Assembly: GCF_988242995.1 (NCBI RefSeq)
Contig: NZ_OZ547043.1
Length of the DNA: 64,000 bases
Strand: one strand, 5' to 3'
Both the position numbers and the translations under genes were made by a program. A model generated the notes under the pieces. The model was not told the DNA's origin. It saw only the letters and a program-made list of their open reading frames with translations, and made no database searches. This document shows, one piece after another, positions 59,068 through 64,000 of the stretch; positions within the stretch are counted from its first letter, which is position 1, and the number at the start of each line of letters is the position of its first letter.

Positions 59068-61707
59068 ATGCTGGGTAAATATAAAGCCGTTCTCGCGCTG
59101 TTATTACTGATTATTCTTGTGCCGTTGACGCTGCTGATGACGCTCGGCTTGTGGGTTCCCACACTGGCGGGCATCTGGCTACCGCTCGGGACACGTATTG
59201 CATTAGATGAAAGCCCACGCATTACGCGTAAAGGTTTAATCATTCCCGATCTCCGTTATCTGGTGGGAGATTGTCAGCTTGCGCATATCACCAACGCCAG
59301 CCTTTCACATCCGAGCCGCTGGTTATTGAACGTCGGCACGGTAGAACTTGATTCTGCTTGTCTGGCGAAATTGCCGCAGACGGAGCAATCGCCTGCCGCT
59401 CCAAAAACCCTCGCGCAGTGGCAGGCCATGTTGCCTAACACCTGGATCAATATCGATAAACTAATTTTTTCTCCCTGGCAGGAATGGCAGGGAAAACTCT
59501 CTCTCGCATTAAACTCCGATATCCAGCAACTGCGTTATCAGGGCGAAAAAGTTAAATTTCAAGGCCAGCTGAAAGGGCAACAACTTACAGTCAGCGAACT
59601 GGATGTCGTCGCGTTTGAAAATCAGCCGCCGGTAAAACTGGTGGGGGAATTTACTATGCCGCTAGTGCCGGATGGACTTCCTGTAAGTGGTCATGCTACT
59701 GCGACGTTAAACTTGCCGCAGGAACCGTCACTGGTGGATGCCGAGCTGGACTGGTTGGAAAATAGCGGGCAATTGATTGTGCTGGCACGGGATAACGGCG
59801 ATCCGTTGCTCGATTTGCCGTGGCAAATTACTCGTCAACAATTGACCGTAAGCGATGGTCGCTGGAGTTGGCCGTATGCAGGTTTTCCTTTGAGTGGCCG
59901 ACTGGGTGTCAAAGTCGACAACTGGCAGGCAGGGCTCGAGAACGCTCTGGTCAGCGGACGACTGAGTGTGCTGACCCAGGGGCAAGCGGGTAAAGGCAAC
60001 GCGGTGCTTAATTTTGGCCCAGGAAAATTAAGCATGGATAACAACCAGCTGCCTATGCAACTGACCGGTGAAGCGAAACAGGCGGACCTCATTTTATATG
60101 CCCGTTTACCTGCGCAGCTAAGCGGAAGTCTGACTGACCCAACGCTGGCCTTTGAGCCTGGCGCGTTACTTCGTTCAAAGGGAAGAGTCATTGATTCGCT
60201 GGACATCGATGAAATCCGCTGGCCTTTAGCGGGTGTAAAAGTCACCCAACGTGGTATTGACGGACGTTTGCAGGCCATTTTGCAGGCGCATGAAAATGAA
60301 CTGGGCGATTTCGTGCTGCATATGGATGGACTGGCGAATGATTTTCTCCCTGACGCTGGCCGCTGGCAGTGGCGCTACTGGGGAAAAGGCAGTTTTACAC
60401 CGATGAATGCCACCTGGGATGTCGCAGGAAAGGGTGAGTGGCATGACAGCACGATTACGCTGACCGATCTCTCCACCGGTTTCGACCAGTTACAATACGG
60501 TACGATGACGGTAGAAAAGCCGCGATTAATTCTCGACAAGCCCGTCGTCTGGGTACGTGACGCACAGCATCCCTCCTTCAGTGGCGCGCTGTCACTGGAC
60601 GCCGGGCAAACGCTGTTCACTGGCGGCAGTGTGTTACCGCCATCAACCTTAAAATTTAGCGTCGATGGGCGCGATCCGACGTATTTCCTCTTTAAAGGCG
60701 ATTTACATGCTGGTGAGATTGGCCCGGTTCGGGTAAATGGTCGCTGGGACGGTATTCGTCTGCGCGGTAACGCCTGGTGGCCTAAACAATCACTGACTGT
60801 ATTCCAGCCGCTGGTGCCACCCGACTGGAAGATGAACTTACGCGATGGTGAACTGTATGCTCAGGTTGCATTTTCTGCTGCGCCTGAACAAGGATTCCGC
60901 GCGGGAGGGCACGGCGTGTTGAAAGGCGGTAGTGCCTGGATGCCAGATAATCAGGTTAACGGTGTCGATTTTGTCCTGCCTTTCCGTTTTGCCGATGGAG
61001 CCTGGCATCTGGGGACTCGCGGCCCCGTTACGTTGCGAATTGCCGAAGTGATTAATCTGGTGACAGCGAAAAATATTACGGCTGATTTGCAAGGGCGCTA
61101 TCCGTGGACTGAAGAAGAACCATTGCTGTTGACTGATGTTAGCGTCGATGTGTTAGGCGGTAACGTGCTGATGAAACAATTACGTATGCCGCAACATGAC
61201 CCGGCGCTGTTGCGGCTGAATAATCTCTCATCCAGCGAACTGGTTAGCGCCGTCAATCCGAAACAATTCGCCATGTCCGGGGCATTTAGTGGTGCATTGC
61301 CGTTATGGCTAAACAACGAAAAATGGATAGTGAAAGATGGTTGGCTGGCAAATAGCGGGCCAATGACCTTGCGGCTGGATAAAGACACCGCAGATGCGGT
61401 GGTGAAAGACAATATGACTGCGGGTTCAGCAATTAACTGGTTGCGCTATATGGAAATTAGCCGTTCATCGACAAATATTAATTTAGATAATCTCGGTTTA
61501 TTAACCATGCAGGCCAACATTACAGGTACCAGTCGCGTTGATGGTAAAAGCGGTACGGTAAACCTTAATTACCATCATGAAGAGAATATTTTTACGCTGT
61601 GGCGCAGTTTACGCTTTGGCGATAATCTCCAGGCATGGTTGGAGCAGAACGCACGTCTGCCGGGAAATGACTGTCCGCAAGGAAAAGAGTGTGAGGAAAA
61701 ACAATGA
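59068..61707 (+). CDS. ydbH: Large inner-membrane-anchored protein YdbH
   Basis: 879-aa ORF with N-terminal TM segment; K-12 synteny ydbH-ynbE-ydbL. Confidence 0.85.
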   Translation: MLGKYKAVLALLLLIILVPLTLLMTLGLWVPTLAGIWLPLGTRIALDESPRITRKGLIIPDLRYLVGDCQLAHITNASLSHPSRWLLNVGTVELDSACLAKLPQTEQSPAAPKTLAQWQAMLPNTWINIDKLIFSPWQEWQGKLSLALNSDIQQLRYQGEKVKFQGQLKGQQLTVSELDVVAFENQPPVKLVGEFTMPLVPDGLPVSGHATATLNLPQEPSLVDAELDWLENSGQLIVLARDNGDPLLDLPWQITRQQLTVSDGRWSWPYAGFPLSGRLGVKVDNWQAGLENALVSGRLSVLTQGQAGKGNAVLNFGPGKLSMDNNQLPMQLTGEAKQADLILYARLPAQLSGSLTDPTLAFEPGALLRSKGRVIDSLDIDEIRWPLAGVKVTQRGIDGRLQAILQAHENELGDFVLHMDGLANDFLPDAGRWQWRYWGKGSFTPMNATWDVAGKGEWHDSTITLTDLSTGFDQLQYGTMTVEKPRLILDKPVVWVRDAQHPSFSGALSLDAGQTLFTGGSVLPPSTLKFSVDGRDPTYFLFKGDLHAGEIGPVRVNGRWDGIRLRGNAWWPKQSLTVFQPLVPPDWKMNLRDGELYAQVAFSAAPEQGFRAGGHGVLKGGSAWMPDNQVNGVDFVLPFRFADGAWHLGTRGPVTLRIAEVINLVTAKNITADLQGRYPWTEEEPLLLTDVSVDVLGGNVLMKQLRMPQHDPALLRLNNLSSSELVSAVNPKQFAMSGAFSGALPLWLNNEKWIVKDGWLANSGPMTLRLDKDTADAVVKDNMTAGSAINWLRYMEISRSSTNINLDNLGLLTMQANITGTSRVDGKSGTVNLNYHHEENIFTLWRSLRFGDNLQAWLEQNARLPGNDCPQGKECEEKQ

Positions 61708-61889
61708 AAATTTTACTGGCTGCGTTGACGTCATCTTTTATGCTGGTTGGCTGTACGCCTCGCATTGAAGTCGCTGCGCCTAAGGAACCGATCACTATCA
61801 ATATGAACGTTAAAATTGAGCATGAGATCATCATCAAGGCAGACAAAGATGTCGAAGAGCTGCTTGAGACTCGTAGCGATCTTTTCTGA
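61704..61889 (+). CDS. ynbE: Lipoprotein YnbE
   Basis: 61-aa ORF with lipobox LVGCTP; overlaps ydbH stop. Confidence 0.8.
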   Translation: MKILLAALTSSFMLVGCTPRIEVAAPKEPITINMNVKIEHEIIIKADKDVEELLETRSDLF

Positions 61890-61896
61890 GGCGATG

Positions 61897-62223
61897 ATGA
61901 AGAAAACATTACTTCTTTGTGCGTTTCTTGTTGGGCTGGTAAGCAGCAATGTAATGGCATTGACTCTGGATGAAGCCAGAACTCAGGGGCGGGTAGGGGA
62001 AACATTTTATGGTTATCTGGTTGCGCTGAAAACAGATGCTGAAACAGAGAAATTAGTAAACGACATTAATGCCGAACGTAAAGCGAGTTACCAACAACTG
62101 GCAAAGCAGAATAATGTCTCGGTAGATGATATCGCGAAACTCGCCGGGCAAAAGCTCGTAGCTCGGGCTAAACCGGGGGAATATGTACAAGGGATAAACG
62201 GTAAATGGGTGCGAAAATTTTAA
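61897..62223 (+). CDS. ydbL: Periplasmic protein YdbL
   Basis: 108 aa from MKKTLLLCAFLVGLVSSNVMA (signal peptide); ORF track starts further upstream. Confidence 0.8.
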   Translation: MKKTLLLCAFLVGLVSSNVMALTLDEARTQGRVGETFYGYLVALKTDAETEKLVNDINAERKASYQQLAKQNNVSVDDIAKLAGQKLVARAKPGEYVQGINGKWVRKF

Positions 62224-62394
62224 TAGCAAAACCGCAATATCGGGATAACGCTACAGGAGAAGGCGATTATTCTATTTTCCGGAAACAAGGTGAATATTCA
62301 AAAATTCCTGTCAAATTGCCTTTCGCCCTGAAAAATGCATAGTCAAATATCTGTTTTAACTAATTCGCGTTGCTGTACATGCAACGCGAATTAG

Positions 62395-63300
62395 TTAGCG
62401 GAATTTACGTCGATACTCGCCTGGCGTCATCCCAAAGCGTTGCTTAAATACCGTTGAAAAATGACTCTGGTCGGAAAATCCCCAATGAAAGCCAATGCCT
62501 GCCAGTTTTTCATCATCTGCGGCATGGCGAATCGCATCTGCACAAAAATCGAGACGACGGTTACGGATATATTGCGCGACTACCAAACCTTTATCGGCAA
62601 ACATTCGGTACAAACTACGTACTGACATACCTGTCTCTCCGGCTATCCACTCCGGGCGTAATATCTCTTCGCGAATATTATCGTCTATCAACGTAACCAC
62701 TTTTTGAAACTGACGTTCACGGCGAGGTTGGACAGATTCCCGCTGATGAAGTACTGGGCGAAGCAGACACACCATCGCCTGTAGCGCAGCTTCACTTTCT
62801 GTTTCAGAAAGTGCCGGATTATTCATGCTCTCCTGTAACAGGCGATGACTGAGTTGCACCATGGGTAAGTCAGCGTCCAGTCTTTCTGCGCAGACAGGTT
62901 TTTGATGGGGAAAATATTGTTCCAGCAGAGTGCGTGGCAAAAGTAATGAAATCTGTTTAGAAGACTCCTGCCAGTAAAGCGAACAGGGGCGTGAGGCATC
63001 GAGTAACGTAATATCGCCAGCGCCAATCTGCACCTGACGCTCATCCTGCTCCATTATTGCCTGACCACTAAGCTGAAAAACGGTGTAAAACCAGGCATCG
63101 TCGCTGCCTTTTATTTCCTGCCAGGTGCGGGATAAATTCACCCCGTTGGTTGTCACGGTACTCAGCTTTAGTCCTTTGGCAAAATGCGTATCCAGTACAC
63201 CCGTGTAACGCTCAGTCAGCAGGCGTCCGGTAAAATTTCCGCATACCTGATTGATTTGGGAAAGCCATTGCTGAAACTCATTATCCACTGCGGGGTTCAT
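62395..63300 (-). CDS. feaR: AraC-family transcriptional activator FeaR
   Basis: 301-aa ORF with C-terminal AraC-type HTH; divergent from feaB. Confidence 0.9.
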   Translation of the reverse strand: MNPAVDNEFQQWLSQINQVCGNFTGRLLTERYTGVLDTHFAKGLKLSTVTTNGVNLSRTWQEIKGSDDAWFYTVFQLSGQAIMEQDERQVQIGAGDITLLDASRPCSLYWQESSKQISLLLPRTLLEQYFPHQKPVCAERLDADLPMVQLSHRLLQESMNNPALSETESEAALQAMVCLLRPVLHQRESVQPRRERQFQKVVTLIDDNIREEILRPEWIAGETGMSVRSLYRMFADKGLVVAQYIRNRRLDFCADAIRHAADDEKLAGIGFHWGFSDQSHFSTVFKQRFGMTPGEYRRKFR

Positions 63301-63535
63301 GGCACGTTTTCGCTCTGTGAAATGTATTTTTATTGTTGCATTTGTGTTGCAATAAACGAAGCTAATGAGCCTGACTATAGGAAATAAGTCTTGTCAGGCA
63401 TAGAGACATAAGCGGTTATTGTCACGATTTGCGGAGCTTGTCACAGCTGACAAAGCGAATGTCACAGCGAAAAAAGTGACTTTTCTTGTCGCTGCGTACA
63501 CTGAAATCACACTGGGTAAATGATAAGGAAAAGTG

Positions 63536-64000
63536 ATGACAGAGCCGCATGTAGCAGTATTAAGCCAGGTCCAACAGTTTCTCGATCGTCAACACGGTCT
63601 TTATATTGATGGTCGTCCTGGCCCCGCACAAAGTGAAAAACGGTTGGCGATCTTTGATCCGGCCACCGGGCAAGAAATTGCGTCAACTGTTGATGCCAAC
63701 GAAGCGGATGTAGATAACGCGGTCATGTCTGCCTGGCGGGCCTTTGTCTCGCGTCGCTGGGCCGGGCGATTACCCGCAGAGCGTGAACGTATCCTGCTAC
63801 GTTTTGCCGATCTGGTGGAACAGCACGGTGAGGAGCTGGCACAGCTGGAAACCCTGGAGCAAGGCAAGTCAATTGCTATTTCCCGTGCTTTTGAAGTGGG
63901 CTGTACGCTGAACTGGATGCGTTATACCGCTGGGTTAACGACCAAAATCGCGGGTAAAACGCTGGACTTGTCGATTCCCTTACCCCAGGGGGCGCGCTAT
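63536..64000 (+). CDS. feaB: Phenylacetaldehyde dehydrogenase FeaB, N-terminal 155 codons (runs off window end)
   Basis: [49 protein letters not shown]... matches K-12 FeaB N-terminus. Confidence 0.9.
   Translation, partial: MTEPHVAVLSQVQQFLDRQHGLYIDGRPGPAQSEKRLAIFDPATGQEIASTVDANEADVDNAVMSAWRAFVSRRWAGRLPAERERILLRFADLVEQHGEELAQLETLEQGKSIAISRAFEVGCTLNWMRYTAGLTTKIAGKTLDLSIPLPQGARY

Overview
This window is E. coli chromosome carrying a nearly complete Rac-like lambdoid prophage (about 1-47000) followed by sitABCD and the conserved core block uspF-ompN-micC-ydbK-ydbJ-hslJ-ldhA-ydbH-ynbE-ydbL-feaR-feaB. The prophage keeps the early-left operon (ralR partial, recT, recE, racC, ydaE, kilR), sieB, a racR/ydaS immunity switch with visible operators, replication genes (ydaT, ydaU, ydaV), a nin-like block, a Q-like gene, a lambda-type lysis cassette, trkG, packaging and head genes, and lambda-like tail genes (M, L, K, I, J, lom, stf); K-12 Rac lacks most of this. 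The most interesting accessory content is a visibly AT-rich two-gene operon (10844-13737, minus strand) pairing a C5-cytosine DNA methyltransferase with a 609-aa ABC-type ATPase that has a Toprim-like C-terminus (OLD-family-like nuclease). I do not recognise this pairing as a described defence system. It sits next to a hok-family type I toxin gene. Two identical IS200-family copies in direct orientation bracket the early region, there is an AT-rich membrane-protein moron before the holin, and the tail-fibre region is mosaic. All family assignments are from reading the translations and from memory of the families; no database search was run, and hand-derived coordinates may be off by a base or so.
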